DNA of 64,000 nt from assembly GCA_964019335.1 (NCBI GenBank), contig OZ025717.1, positions 1 to 64,000 of the forward strand. The letters run 5' to 3'. Positions within the stretch are counted from its first letter, which is position 1; the number at the start of each line of letters is the position of its first letter. This document shows, in pieces, positions 44,314 through 55,228 of the stretch. The notes beneath the pieces are model-generated. The model had not been told where the DNA came from, did not search any database, and saw only the letters and a program-made list of their open reading frames with translations. The position numbers were made by a program, and so were the translations under genes. Origin of the DNA: Diplonema japonicum. Lineage: Eukaryota > Protista > Euglenozoa: Diplonemea.

Positions 44314-45040
44314 TCAGACAAGGGTGTGGCGGTCCTTTTTATGCCGCACAGACATCTCCGACGCCACATTGTACTCAAGAAGTGCTGGGACGAGGCTCCC
44401 GATGAGCCAAGGTGCATTTTCTTCAAGGTAGGACTGGCCGTCCTTTTGGCCGTCAGGGTGGGAGATGATGGCTGCTGAATAGAAAACCTGCCCGAGAATG
44501 CAAAGGTAGTGGTGGGCGAGCGGCGGGGAGGGTTTGGGAAAACGCCACAACCTGGCGGAAATGTTCGAAAGGGCAGAGATGATGCCCATTTCAATAGCAA
44601 GTTCTCGGCTCGACACCTACCGGGGGGGGGGGGGGGGGGGTCTTCTTTTTTCTTTCTTTTTTCTTTCTTTTTTCCCATACCTGCCGCACGACGGTGCCGA
44701 AAAGGAAGAAAAATGCAATCGTTGCAATAACACCACAAGCACGCTTAAGGGAGACTGTAGTGAACTCTGTTACCGAGGCAGGCAGTACTATAATCCCATA
44801 TGCGTGCACCATGTCCTGTATGATGAACAGCATGGCGACTGCCATCTGCCACCTTGGAGCCTCGCCCAGAACTGTTCCAGAAAGGTTGCTCACGTCAGCC
44901 ATCACAAAAAGCACCGTCACCATCCCCGAAGGCCGCGTTACTGGCGGCTTCCACATGTTGTGCATGGCCATACTGTTCCCTAACCAAAACACCATGACCC
45001 CTACCCAGCCCAGGCAGTTCGATATACTTTCTAACTCCAT
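44314..45040 (-). CDS. Multi-pass membrane protein, possibly PQ-loop-like; 64-nt intron 44617-44680; 3' end uncertain
   Basis: Hydrophobic helices; SNCLGWVG...DVSNLSGTVL...WQ pattern reminiscent of PQ-loop transporters. Confidence 0.5.
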
Positions 45041-46057
45041 CGTTTTGTCATATTTCGCCTTCCCCCACCAAGGACGCCTTTCTTTTTTTTTTTGTTGTTG
45101 TTTTATTATTACTATTATTCCCCCTTTTTTCTTTTTGCAAAAAGGTGGGGTAAAAAAAAATGTTTTTTTTTCTTCTTGCAATTTCCCCCTTCTTCATTTT
45201 TCTTTCCCTCCGTTCAATATTTGTCCCCAAGTGGGGGGTAAAAAAAGGGGGGAGACAATGAACAGGGAAACAGGGGTTTGTTTTCCTCGTCCCCCCCCCC
45301 CCCCCCCTCCTTCTAGGTGCGGAGTAACAAATATAAAAGAAAGACGAGGAAAGAGAAAAAAAAAAAAGAAAAAGAAGAAAAAGAGGTCTGACAATGTACT
45401 GCGGTTGACAACTAGGGGGGAAAAAAAGAAGAAGAAAGAAGGGGAAAAAAAGGAACCGTAATAAAAAATCAGAAAAGTAAGGTGTTGGTGGCGGTGGTAT
45501 AGGGGGGGGCAATGGCCTCACCTTTTTCTTTTTTTTTTAAAACACCCCTTCTCCTTTCGCCAACCAACATTTTCTTTTCCCTTTTCTTCCCCCCCTTCTT
45601 CTTGTTTCGTGACCATTTCTGAGGCATCTTTTTTTATCCCACAAAACAAGGAAGAAGAAAGAAAAAAGAGAAAAAAAAAAACTAGTGATGTGCAGCAACA
45701 CAAGGCATCAGCGTGTTTGAGTGCTAGGAGCACCACACGCCCTCCAGGCTTTCCTTGTTTTTCCTTCTTGGGTCAGCCTGTAAGCCTGAAACTCGTATAT
45801 TTGATAATTAGAAAGTACCTGTTAGACAAGTATTACGGATAGACACCTTCACGGTGCCTCCTCTCCTATATGCGCACACTTTTCTCATTCCCTTCTTTTT
45901 GATAAAAAAAAAACAAACAGCATCCCAGTTGCACAAGGAGGGTATGGTGGTGTGTGGGAGTAGGGTGGTGGGGGGGGATCATAAGATTACATTTTCATAT
46001 TTCTTTTTATTGCCTCTTTTTTTTTTTTTTTTCTTCTATAAAAGTCGTTTCCTTTTT

Positions 46058-47139
46058 TTACTTTCGATCGCCAAGTAGGGAAGGCTGCGCCGTCTCCTTA
46101 ACTGTTGATGTCTCTGTTTTTTGTAGCTGCTGAGGTGCTGGACGGGGTTCGTCGCTGAAGTTGGTGAGAAGGTAGTTCGAGATTGACTCGTAGGAGAGGA
46201 AGATGACTAGGGCATTGGGAACTGTGCGCACAAGGGTGGGGATGAGGCCCCTGTAGAGCCCTCCGAAGCCTTCCCTTTGGACGATGATGGTGAAGGCGTG
46301 CCAGATGGACCTGTAGGTGACCTCGACACCCTCCATGGCGTTGCGGGGGTCCTGCACACGTATCCGCAGCACCACCAGTGGGGTCGTGAACATGGAGGCT
46401 ATGCACTTCGACGTCAGCGTCGCGACGCATATCTCCCACGTGGACAGCCCGCCAGTGTTGTTCATGCGCTTGAAGCCGTCTTTTATCCGCTCATATAACG
46501 TCATCTGCACAGACCCATGAGACACCATCATCAGGCTGGGCACCAGGCTGGGGGGTGGTTTGTAATTTGACATGAAAAAACATACCCAGAATACCACCCG
46601 CGGAAACCCTCTGTTCGCAGGATGGACCGCAGCCCGTGTAAAGTCCCCCTGTACCGCTCCACGTGCGGGCCCTGCGGTGTCGACGCGCCTCGCTGCAACT
46701 GCATCCTAGTCTTGACCAGCCACAGCGGGCACGTAATAGAGGTTGAGATAAAGCCGGCGAAGGTGGCAGAACAGAAGTTCATCGCCGACGTGGGAGTCGA
46801 GTTGTGCCGTGCGTGGAGTGTGCCCTGTATGTACCGGTAGGTCCCGAAGTATATACCCCACGACAGGGACGACGCCTGCAGCGACACCCCCATCCCCTTG
46901 TACATGGGCAGCAGCCCGTTCACATTGTACGACTTCTTGATGGCATGCATAATGCCCTTGAACCGTGCTACTCCGTCCAGTGCCCGCGACCCTGACCCGT
47001 CCTGTGCGATGTACCGTACCTTCACGAAGTCCAACGGGTACGTCAGCACGTTTGCGATCATCCCACTCACAAGCCCCGCTGAGCTGTGCAACAGGGGAGT
47101 CGGTATTCCGACCTTCTTCCCCCTCGTGGGTGACGTCAT
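46058..47139 (-). CDS. Mitochondrial carrier family protein (folate/FAD/NAD carrier-like); 38-nt intron 46548-46585
   Basis: Three carrier signatures PLDFVKVR, PLWLVKTRMQ, PLVVLRIRVQ and EGF.G.Y.GL.P motifs; the intron joins two ORFs. Confidence 0.9.
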
Positions 47140-47302
47140 AGCGACGGGCCTCCCCCTCCCCTTCCCTCCCTGTGTGAGTGTGAGTGTGCGAGTGGAGGGT
47201 GATACAAGAGTGCAAGAAGCTCAGGATAGGGAAACATGGGGGGATCCTTGCAGAAAAAGAAAGAAAAAAAGAAATGGTGTAGGCAAACGTTTGCAATATG
47301 TT

Positions 47303-48640
47303 TCACTCCTCGACCTCCCCGCAGTCTGCGGCAGCCTCTTTCGCTTTGAGGGTGAAGTTGTAAACACGCAACACAGCGTTCCATGAGAGGAGGACCTTCT
47401 CATCGTCGAAGTCGATGGAAGAGACAAAAGGCTTCCTTGGGTGGGGGGGGTTGCGGGCGTTGGGCTGCAGGGAGCCTCCCAAAACGCTGAAGAGTTTCTT
47501 CCCAACCCTCCCAACGGAGAAGACCTGCGCCGTGCCATCGGCAGAGCCTGTCACGAGCCTGCTGTTCTTCAGCTTCACGTCGTTGACACGCTTGGCATGC
47601 TCATTGAGCGTCTGCTGGCGATGTATCGTCGTGTCGCCTTTGCCGAAATAGTTCACAAGGAGCAGCTCTCCCTTCTTTGTGCCCACCACAGCGTGTGTCT
47701 CAGACCTTTCCACGCATGCCACCGCGCCTGTGAGCTGTGGTAAGTTGGCATCGACCACACCCATCTTTGAAGAAAAAATGCAGGTGTTGCCGTCGCTGTG
47801 CCCGATGACTATGTCGTCAGTGGTGTAAGACCACTTCACTGCTGTGATGTCAGCCGGGTAAGGTGCGTCGTACTCGTGGGCAGCGGCATCCGAAGAGCGT
47901 ATGTCGTACACAGCTACCTTCGAGGCTGTGCCGGCTGTGATCGAGTACCTCTTGTCAAACATCGCTTTCACGTACGTCACAGGCCCCCTCAGCCCCTTTA
48001 GCACATGCACATTCTTCCCGCTGCGCACGTCGTACACAGCAGCCCACTCATCACCCCCTACCACTACAAGGTCATTGTCTTCGTCCACGCTCATAGACAC
48101 AGCCCCTTTCTCGGTACGGGTTTTATTCTTCACCAACCCGCTGCCCACATCGCACTGATACCACATCCCATGTCCGGCTGCGTAGATCGTGTCGCCTACC
48201 GCCTCAATGCACTCCAACGGCCCCCCGAGCTTGAACACACCCACTTCCTTACTCCCTTCGGCGCTTGCATACTTGTACAGTCTTAAACTACCGTCTGCAG
48301 AGGCACTCCCTATCCGCTCGCCGTCCTCCGACAGGTGGATCCCCGTGATGTGCTTGGTGTGCCCTCGCAGAGCTTGCATCTTGAAGTGTCTCGGCTTGCC
48401 CTGTTCCCAGTGCTGCTTTGTGAGGGACGTGCGGACGAAGTACTGTTTCCAGTTTTCATCGCATGATTTGTCGGAACCTGCGAATGCGAGGCGCTCGAGT
48501 GTGATGTCCCGCCACAGCCTATCCCTGCACCCCACGTCGTGCCACTGGCTGCGGACCTGCATGCACGTCCTCACGTCGGAGACAGTGCTGAATTGCAACA
48601 TATTCTCGATGACATCAGAAGGAAGCTCTGAGCAGGTCAT
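47303..48640 (-). CDS. F-box/WD40 repeat protein
   Basis: ELPSDVIENMLQF...CMQVRSQW...LWR (F-box); LRGHTKHIT, SASADGSLRLY, VTGSADGTAQVF (WD40). Confidence 0.85.
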   Translation of the reverse strand: MTCSELPSDVIENMLQFSTVSDVRTCMQVRSQWHDVGCRDRLWRDITLERLAFAGSDKSCDENWKQYFVRTSLTKQHWEQGKPRHFKMQALRGHTKHITGIHLSEDGERIGSASADGSLRLYKYASAEGSKEVGVFKLGGPLECIEAVGDTIYAAGHGMWYQCDVGSGLVKNKTRTEKGAVSMSVDEDNDLVVVGGDEWAAVYDVRSGKNVHVLKGLRGPVTYVKAMFDKRYSITAGTASKVAVYDIRSSDAAAHEYDAPYPADITAVKWSYTTDDIVIGHSDGNTCIFSSKMGVVDANLPQLTGAVACVERSETHAVVGTKKGELLLVNYFGKGDTTIHRQQTLNEHAKRVNDVKLKNSRLVTGSADGTAQVFSVGRVGKKLFSVLGGSLQPNARNPPHPRKPFVSSIDFDDEKVLLSWNAVLRVYNFTLKAKEAAADCGEVEE

Positions 48641-48760
48641 CTTGCTGCAGGCCTGTGATGACCTATGCTGCTGGGACAACTGGGAGCTAAACTAAAGAAG
48701 TTAAACTTGAGCAGTTTGAAAAAACCGACAATGCGAACTTAACGACTACCGCGCTGCATG

Positions 48761-49700
48761 CTACCCCCAGTGCTGCATACTGAAGATCATGTTGCTCGGC
48801 GCGGGCTTGATCCTCTTATTCGACCTCAAAATGCACCTCTTTGCCTGTGTCACTGCACTGTCTTCATCTTCAACAGGCCGCTCACCCTCTTTTTTTTTCT
48901 CGCCAGCCAGCGTCCTGAGCGTGTAGTTTATTCCCGTGATGTCCAACATCACGAGGGACATTGTGCTGTGCTGCTTGAACGCTTTTTTGCCTTTCCCTAT
49001 GTCTTTATCACCCGTCGCTGGCAGGGCCATTGGGGCTAGAACCTGCCCCCTCATAATACCTGGGTTAATAGCCAGAAAAGACATCTCCAAAAGAGAGAGG
49101 AGCGAAGAAATAAGGGAATAAAAAAGAATACGAGTCACAAAAAAAAAAAGAGCCACATTTTTCTCCATACTTCGGAGCGGGGTACTCGTAGGAAGTAATC
49201 CGCTTCTCCATCACTATGACTGGGAGCGAAGGGTTAGCAACAATTTCTCCAGCTACATTTGCGAGTTGGGGTGGAACGTTGTTAAGAACAAGTATCAATT
49301 CGTAATGCTGCTCTGGTGCGGCGAACAAGTATCTCGGTAGCCTTTTATCACCAAGCGCTGCACAAGAAGGAAATAAGACTGCCGAGCCAAAGCCAGCAGA
49401 GACAAGTGGGGTTCAGGTATTGGTTTGTCGAGCCACAGAGCAGAAGATTTTAAAAAACTCGATCTATATTTGGTGCAGGTTGGGTGCCCACTGTGGACTG
49501 GGATCCTACACGTCGTGCTGGCTGTCGGAGTTTGCCTGTCAGTCATAAATGGCATCTGCGCCAACATCGGTTGCAGCCTCTCCAATAAGGAGCTGTTGGG
49601 TAAACGGGATAAGGATCTCTTGTCGACACGCACCGCTTCCTCAAGGAGTGTACTCTGGTCTTCCTTTCTCCCTTCGGTAGCAGAGGTAGATTGAAAAAAA
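48761..49700 (-). CDS. Probable intron-containing hypothetical gene; exon structure unresolved
   Basis: Three staggered minus-strand ORFs separated by short T-rich gaps. Confidence 0.35.
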
Positions 49701-49804
49701 AAAAAAAAAACGCAAAATAGAACATTGGACACAAACGATAAGAAAGACAACACGAGTTTGTTATTACATAGTAACTGTTAGTGTAGATCGTTCGAAGGGC
49801 ACGC

Positions 49805-51101
49805 TTAGCAGGCAGTGACAGTAGCGCAGAGTACAAGCACAGCAGCCACGCTTGGACCCGCAGTGAGAGAGCACATCAGTAACGCATCGAGCCCAGCAAG
49901 GGGGTCGGTGTACTTATCATCCGCAGCTGGGAGAATGCTGCCCTGCTCCGGGAGCTGCGACTTGATGCGACTCCGAAGCCACCCATAGAACGGGCTCTTG
50001 GGGTGGTTGTAACGGGACTTGTAGTCCTCATGCGAGGTGAGCTTCACAGCATTCCTTATCTGGTACAACAGCAGGAACGCCATGTTGCGGAAGACCGCGT
50101 CCAGCAGCCACGAAGGAAGGGTCTCGATCTTAACGTCGATCCTGATGAGGAACTGGCAGTACGTGCGGAGGGGGTTGTTCTCATAGTACGGCGTCAGGAA
50201 GCATCCGCTCTCCTTCACATGCGCACGCACCACGCCATTCCTGGGCGGAGGTGCCTTCTGCGAGTCCTCAATCAGCAATGCCACCTGCTTTTTCTCCAAG
50301 TCCAGCGCATCTATTGCTTCCACATACAGGCACAGGTCCCTGTTGCTCAGCGGCCACGGTAGCGACAGCTCGCACCCCATATCAATTCTTGTCCTCTCCG
50401 GTACATGAAGTGCCTCGGAACTCTGCAGGCCTACCCCCAACACCTTCGGAATCCATTTATGCCACAAGTCTGTCTCCCGCAGCAACGCCACCAGCTCAAA
50501 AGCAGGTGCGTCAACAGCCCCTTCTATCTTCGCAGTGTGCCAACCACCTCCTTCCTTTCGATACCAAGTTGTGATCTGCTGCACGTCCGACAATCGCTGT
50601 GTTGTGGTTTGTGCTGTGGCAACCTTTGCATACCTTCCAGTTCGCATCAGATGCAATCTCCTTCCTCACTCTCTCGCTGGCGGTGTACTTCCTTTTCAAC
50701 TCCTCGATGCCGTACCTGTGGTAGTGCCGCATCACAAGGTAGTCGTCTTGCACTTCACGCGTGTGTTGCTTGTAGGCCGCCTCTGCTTTCTCGAAGACTT
50801 CCCTTGCCTGGAAAACTCTGTCCGAAGCTACATCCTCCATAGCCTTTGTCAGCATCACTCTGGGGTCCTCCTCCTCGCTGACCTTCCCATCCTTCATCAC
50901 CGGACCACTCCTCTTCCACCCGTAGTAGATAGGGTTGCTGCACCCCGGCTGTCTGATCCTCCTTCTTCCGTTCTTCCTTTCCTGAACCCTTATTGCGTCT
51001 GTAACCTTCTCGATGGCACCATGCAGACCTTTTGTGCCCTCCTCTTGTGCCCTCAACAACCTTATCAATTGCTGTTGCAATGCGTTGGTGTTAATCACCA
51101 T
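49805..51101 (-). CDS. START/SRPBCC-like lipid-binding domain protein; 37-nt intron 50597-50633
   Basis: KIEGAVDAP..LVALLRETDLWHKWIP...LPWPLSNRD...IDVK..LPSWLLD; C-terminal hydrophobic anchor. Confidence 0.75.
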
Positions 51102-51193
51102 GTCCCCCGATCTGTGTAGTGGTTAAAGTCAGTGGTTGAAATCAAAAGAAAAAGACAATGCACGAACGTAAGTGCGTCTGGTTGCAACCGCTC

Positions 51194-52354
51194 TTATTTC
51201 CAGAAGTGTATGACACCGAAGTCTCCGCTGCAGCCCCACTTGGGCCATGGCTGGAGCGCTTCGAGCCTGTCCTGAACTTCCTTGGCGATGCCCACACAGG
51301 CCTCAGACTTTGCGGTTCTCAACGAGCACAGCGGCGAAGGGAAATAGGAAACGACTTCGTCAAAAGGGTGGTCCCTTGCCCAGTGCCGGTCGCCAACCAG
51401 CTTGCGGTAGTTGAGATCGCCTTTGATGAAGGTGAGGTGAGAGGCTGCGATGAGGGACTTCACTGCAGCGGGCATGTCCGTAAACTCCAAGGGAGCGGCC
51501 CAGAACGGGTTGGTAGCGAGCTTCAAGGCACCTGATTCTAAGTAACTCTGAATCCTCTTCCCGAACGTTGCGGTGGCCTCGTGGGCCTGCTCCGCCAAGA
51601 AGGCAGCAAAGCGAATGACGTCCTTGACGAGCGTGTCCGACACGAAGTACGGCATGTCTTTGCAGTGGATGGTGCACGTTTTGCCTTCCTTTGCAAGATG
51701 GTCGATGAGCAGAAGGTCGTTGAACAGCTCGTAGCCATAGTTGTCGGCAATGAAGTGGACGTCCTTCACGCTGGACTGCTCCACGTGAGTCACGACCTCA
51801 GCCACGTTGTTCACAATGATGTCTGCATCGTCTGTTGCCTCCATACGCGAGGTGTCGCTGTCAGAGAACAAACAGAGGTCCACCTTATTGCCCCACAGCG
51901 AGCCCTTAATCAGTGTTTCTGTTGTCGGAGCGGCCTTGGCAATGCCCTCACATGCCGTATGGATGGCAGGTAGGCATACCTCCACAGACTTGTCCTTATT
52001 TTTTGTGAAATAATCAACATTGTTAGTCTTCCACTCCATGATTTCCGCCACCACATGGTACATATAGCACTCTCCGTGAAGCCAGGGAGTCTTCCTCCAC
52101 ATCTTCCCCCAGTACTCTTCCATGACCTTGTATCCATCGTGGTCAAGGGGCGTACTGGGCCCCTTCACCTTCCCTTCCCCTTCCCCTTCAAACTCCAACG
52201 CCAGTCGCTCTAACTTCTCTGCCTTCTCTCCCGTCAGGTTATTGTCTGTCACCACTCCACGAATCAGTCCAGGGACCCTCTTTACTAAGGTGTAGTACCT
52301 GAAAGTGTCCTCATCATCGTCCATGATCATCAGCTTAGGTCGGGAGCTCGCCAT
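51194..52354 (-). CDS. Damage-control phosphatase ARMT1/DUF89 family
   Basis: PWLHGECYMY, SLWGNKVDL, ADNYGYELFND, PYFVSD, FIKGDLNYRKLVGD, LRTAKSE. Confidence 0.9.
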   Translation of the reverse strand: MASSRPKLMIMDDDEDTFRYYTLVKRVPGLIRGVVTDNNLTGEKAEKLERLALEFEGEGEGKVKGPSTPLDHDGYKVMEEYWGKMWRKTPWLHGECYMYHVVAEIMEWKTNNVDYFTKNKDKSVEVCLPAIHTACEGIAKAAPTTETLIKGSLWGNKVDLCLFSDSDTSRMEATDDADIIVNNVAEVVTHVEQSSVKDVHFIADNYGYELFNDLLLIDHLAKEGKTCTIHCKDMPYFVSDTLVKDVIRFAAFLAEQAHEATATFGKRIQSYLESGALKLATNPFWAAPLEFTDMPAAVKSLIAASHLTFIKGDLNYRKLVGDRHWARDHPFDEVVSYFPSPLCSLRTAKSEACVGIAKEVQDRLEALQPWPKWGCSGDFGVIHFWK

Positions 52355-52423
52355 TTTGAGATAAGGGACTGTGTGATTTCGTTGATTAGTTTTAATACAA
52401 ATCATAACAACAGCAATCTAGGT

Positions 52424-55039
52424 CTACAAGACTGGCTCTTGGACAGAGCTCATGGGAGGTGGGTTTGGAGGGGGTGTGAGCTGCCACCAGTCAACATAAG
52501 GTTGGTTACTCATCTTGCACGATGTGATGAAATCGATGATGTATGCACGCATGGCTTCATCTGTGCAGGGCTTGGGCGGGGACAGGTTGTTGGCTTTCAG
52601 GAAGCCCAGAGAACGTGCAGTTGGTGTCGTGTCGTCTAACGTTTCTAAACTAAGGTTGTCATGGTCCGAAGCAGACCACTGCACTGCGGGGGTGAGGTGG
52701 CCTCTGGATAGTCCTCGCACCCCGACTGTTTCGGTGGGCATGGTGCCATCCTCTGAAGGTGTGATGACCGCCTGCTGCACACCGCTCTGCACTGAAAAGC
52801 ACATCAGGATCTCTGGTTTAAAGTAGCAAGGCCTTTTCATCAATCCGACAGCAAAGGAAAAACATCTACAATCCACCTTCAACACTATCTGCGAAGTTTC
52901 AATGTCCCACAAGCTCACGCCATCAGAGCACCCAGTCACGCACAGACCATCGTCTAGGCAGGCAACCTGCACATCGCCGTCGCCATGGTGCACACCCACG
53001 TCCTTCCACTTCACGAGGTCGGCCTCGTACACACGGATGAGCCCCGCCACGCCCACCACCACCACCTCGCCCTTGGGTGTCACTGCCATGCCCGACACGA
53101 ATACATTACGCACTTCCTTCAAGACGGTGGGTGGCAGCCACACAATGAGGCGCCCAGCGGTGTCTGAAATCACGATCTCGTCACCCCTGATAGCAGCGCA
53201 GCACAACGCAGTGGGTTTAGGTATGCTGTAGGCGGCAACAGGCACCATTGGAGGACCGTTCCATACATGCACTGTGTGATTGCTCCCCACTACCACATTC
53301 CCATTCTCTGTGATATCTAAGTACGTGACTGTGATGTCTGACGGGAGAGGTACTTGCGTGGTGTCTCTTGTGCGCAGATCGATCAGCGCCAAGTGAGGTG
53401 TCGTATCCTTGATGCCGTAGGCAGCTAGCCTGTCACCTTTTACAGCAAACATTACAACAACAAGAAATTGTAAATATGTCTCGCCCGTGCGCACAGTAGT
53501 GATCCCTTCTTCGTTGCACCCGATAAGCCCTCGCTTCGAGTCTATCTTGATGTGGTGCAGACGAGGTGCACCAAGCAGCTCACTTCCGAAATCGCACATC
53601 AGAGCTTGTTCCCACACCAGACCGCCGCCGTTACTTTCCACACCTTCATGTAGGGGTGTCATAAAGAGGGGGTCAAGACACCGTACTACTTCACCTATTC
53701 TCGGAATCACACCGCTGGGTGGCACTACGAACCTCTCATTTCCAAGGTACGCGTGGTGGGGCTTTGTGCCGGTGAAGTTAACGTCGTGTTTCGTGACCAC
53801 CACAGCAGCGTCGTTGCGCTGGATGTAAACCTCGAACGTTGCAACGACGCACAATGAGGGCAACAGTGCTGTCACGCACAGCTGCACACATGTGTCCGGG
53901 CTGGTTGAGACCACTACTTCACTGAACAGAGCAGACGTCTGGCGATAAGGGATCTTCGAGGTGAGCTGCCCAGTAAGGGTGACTAGCGGTGAGGTGGGGC
54001 AGATAGTGAGCGTCGTGTCAGACTCCGTAAGGGTTTCAGCCTCAAAGAGAGTGACAGTGATGGGGGGGAGTACCGTGTTGTTGGCAATGGAAGGCCTCGA
54101 AGCAGGAGTGTACGAAATTGCGAGGTATGGGGGCTGCACTGGCGGTTGAAGAGCTCGTATGGAATGGGGGTTGGGGACCTCCGTAGCGGTGCTGTCCGAT
54201 GCGATGGATGCCCCATCGTCCTGTTTGCTGAGGGAGAGCTTTGCCTCTTCCGCGCGTTGCAGCATCTCGTCGCACTTGTTCATCACCACGTCAACGTCAC
54301 TGTCTTGAAGCTCTTTTCTTGTATTCACGATGACCTCCTTTCTGCTTGAAGCTACTTGCAGGGTACGGACCTTGTCTTCAAGAAGGTTCGCTTTGCTACG
54401 GAGTGCGGCAACCTCAGCATCAAGGTCCTCCTGTGAAGCAACGCCTGCGTGTTGGAGCACGTCTGTCATCTCCTCGTCGAGCTTGATGGCGAGCTCGGTC
54501 AAGCGCTCTGTGTGGCGGAGGTGGCTAGCAGTGTTTAGGGAGTCCCACGAAGTTTCTCTTTTGTTGGAGACAAGCTGCAGACGTTGCGCGTAGTCTACAC
54601 GCTGCTGCTTCTGTCGCTCGCGCTGCTGCAGCACAGCCTGCAAGCGTTTTTCGAAAGTCGTGTACCGCTGTTGGTGCCGGTCCACTTCAATCTTGCGCTT
54701 CTCTTCCACAAACCTAGCGCAATCCTCCTCCCTGGCTGCCCTCCTTTCATCTGCTGTTCGTCGTTCATCTTCAAGTACCGCCCTTTGTTCCTCCCACTCC
54801 CGTTTCATACGCCCGAAAGCCATCACCTCGCTCTGAAAGTGGATCATCTCTTCATTCCGTTCCTGCACCTCATGCGTCCATTCGCATTCTTCAGCAGCGT
54901 ATTTCACAATCACCCTGTCGTGCTCGTTCAGCTCCTCCTTCGCTTGTGCTATCGACTGCTTCATGGCCATCAGCCTCTTCGCTGTGCTCTGAGACATCAG
55001 CCCCACTTCCATCAGCTTCTCGTACAATGTCTCGTCCAT
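52424..55039 (-). CDS. Hypothetical protein: N-terminal coiled coil, C-terminal beta-propeller-like region
   Basis: 871-aa ORF; VHVWN, LIVWL, VSLWD strands. Confidence 0.7.
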   Translation of the reverse strand: MDETLYEKLMEVGLMSQSTAKRLMAMKQSIAQAKEELNEHDRVIVKYAAEECEWTHEVQERNEEMIHFQSEVMAFGRMKREWEEQRAVLEDERRTADERRAAREEDCARFVEEKRKIEVDRHQQRYTTFEKRLQAVLQQRERQKQQRVDYAQRLQLVSNKRETSWDSLNTASHLRHTERLTELAIKLDEEMTDVLQHAGVASQEDLDAEVAALRSKANLLEDKVRTLQVASSRKEVIVNTRKELQDSDVDVVMNKCDEMLQRAEEAKLSLSKQDDGASIASDSTATEVPNPHSIRALQPPVQPPYLAISYTPASRPSIANNTVLPPITVTLFEAETLTESDTTLTICPTSPLVTLTGQLTSKIPYRQTSALFSEVVVSTSPDTCVQLCVTALLPSLCVVATFEVYIQRNDAAVVVTKHDVNFTGTKPHHAYLGNERFVVPPSGVIPRIGEVVRCLDPLFMTPLHEGVESNGGGLVWEQALMCDFGSELLGAPRLHHIKIDSKRGLIGCNEEGITTVRTGETYLQFLVVVMFAVKGDRLAAYGIKDTTPHLALIDLRTRDTTQVPLPSDITVTYLDITENGNVVVGSNHTVHVWNGPPMVPVAAYSIPKPTALCCAAIRGDEIVISDTAGRLIVWLPPTVLKEVRNVFVSGMAVTPKGEVVVVGVAGLIRVYEADLVKWKDVGVHHGDGDVQVACLDDGLCVTGCSDGVSLWDIETSQIVLKVDCRCFSFAVGLMKRPCYFKPEILMCFSVQSGVQQAVITPSEDGTMPTETVGVRGLSRGHLTPAVQWSASDHDNLSLETLDDTTPTARSLGFLKANNLSPPKPCTDEAMRAYIIDFITSCKMSNQPYVDWWQLTPPPNPPPMSSVQEPVL

Positions 55040-55228
55040 GATGGCACCAGCCCTGACGAACGTGACAACAGCAGAAAAAGGTATAAATGGTTACGAGTGG
55101 AAGGGGGGTAAGGGTTAAAGCACACTACTCAAGATCCTCAAAAAAAAAAAAGTGGAAATAAAAGTAAATAAAGCGTACGAACCCCACCGTTCCCTTTATT
55201 GTCTGGCAGTCATGTTCAGCGCAGATCC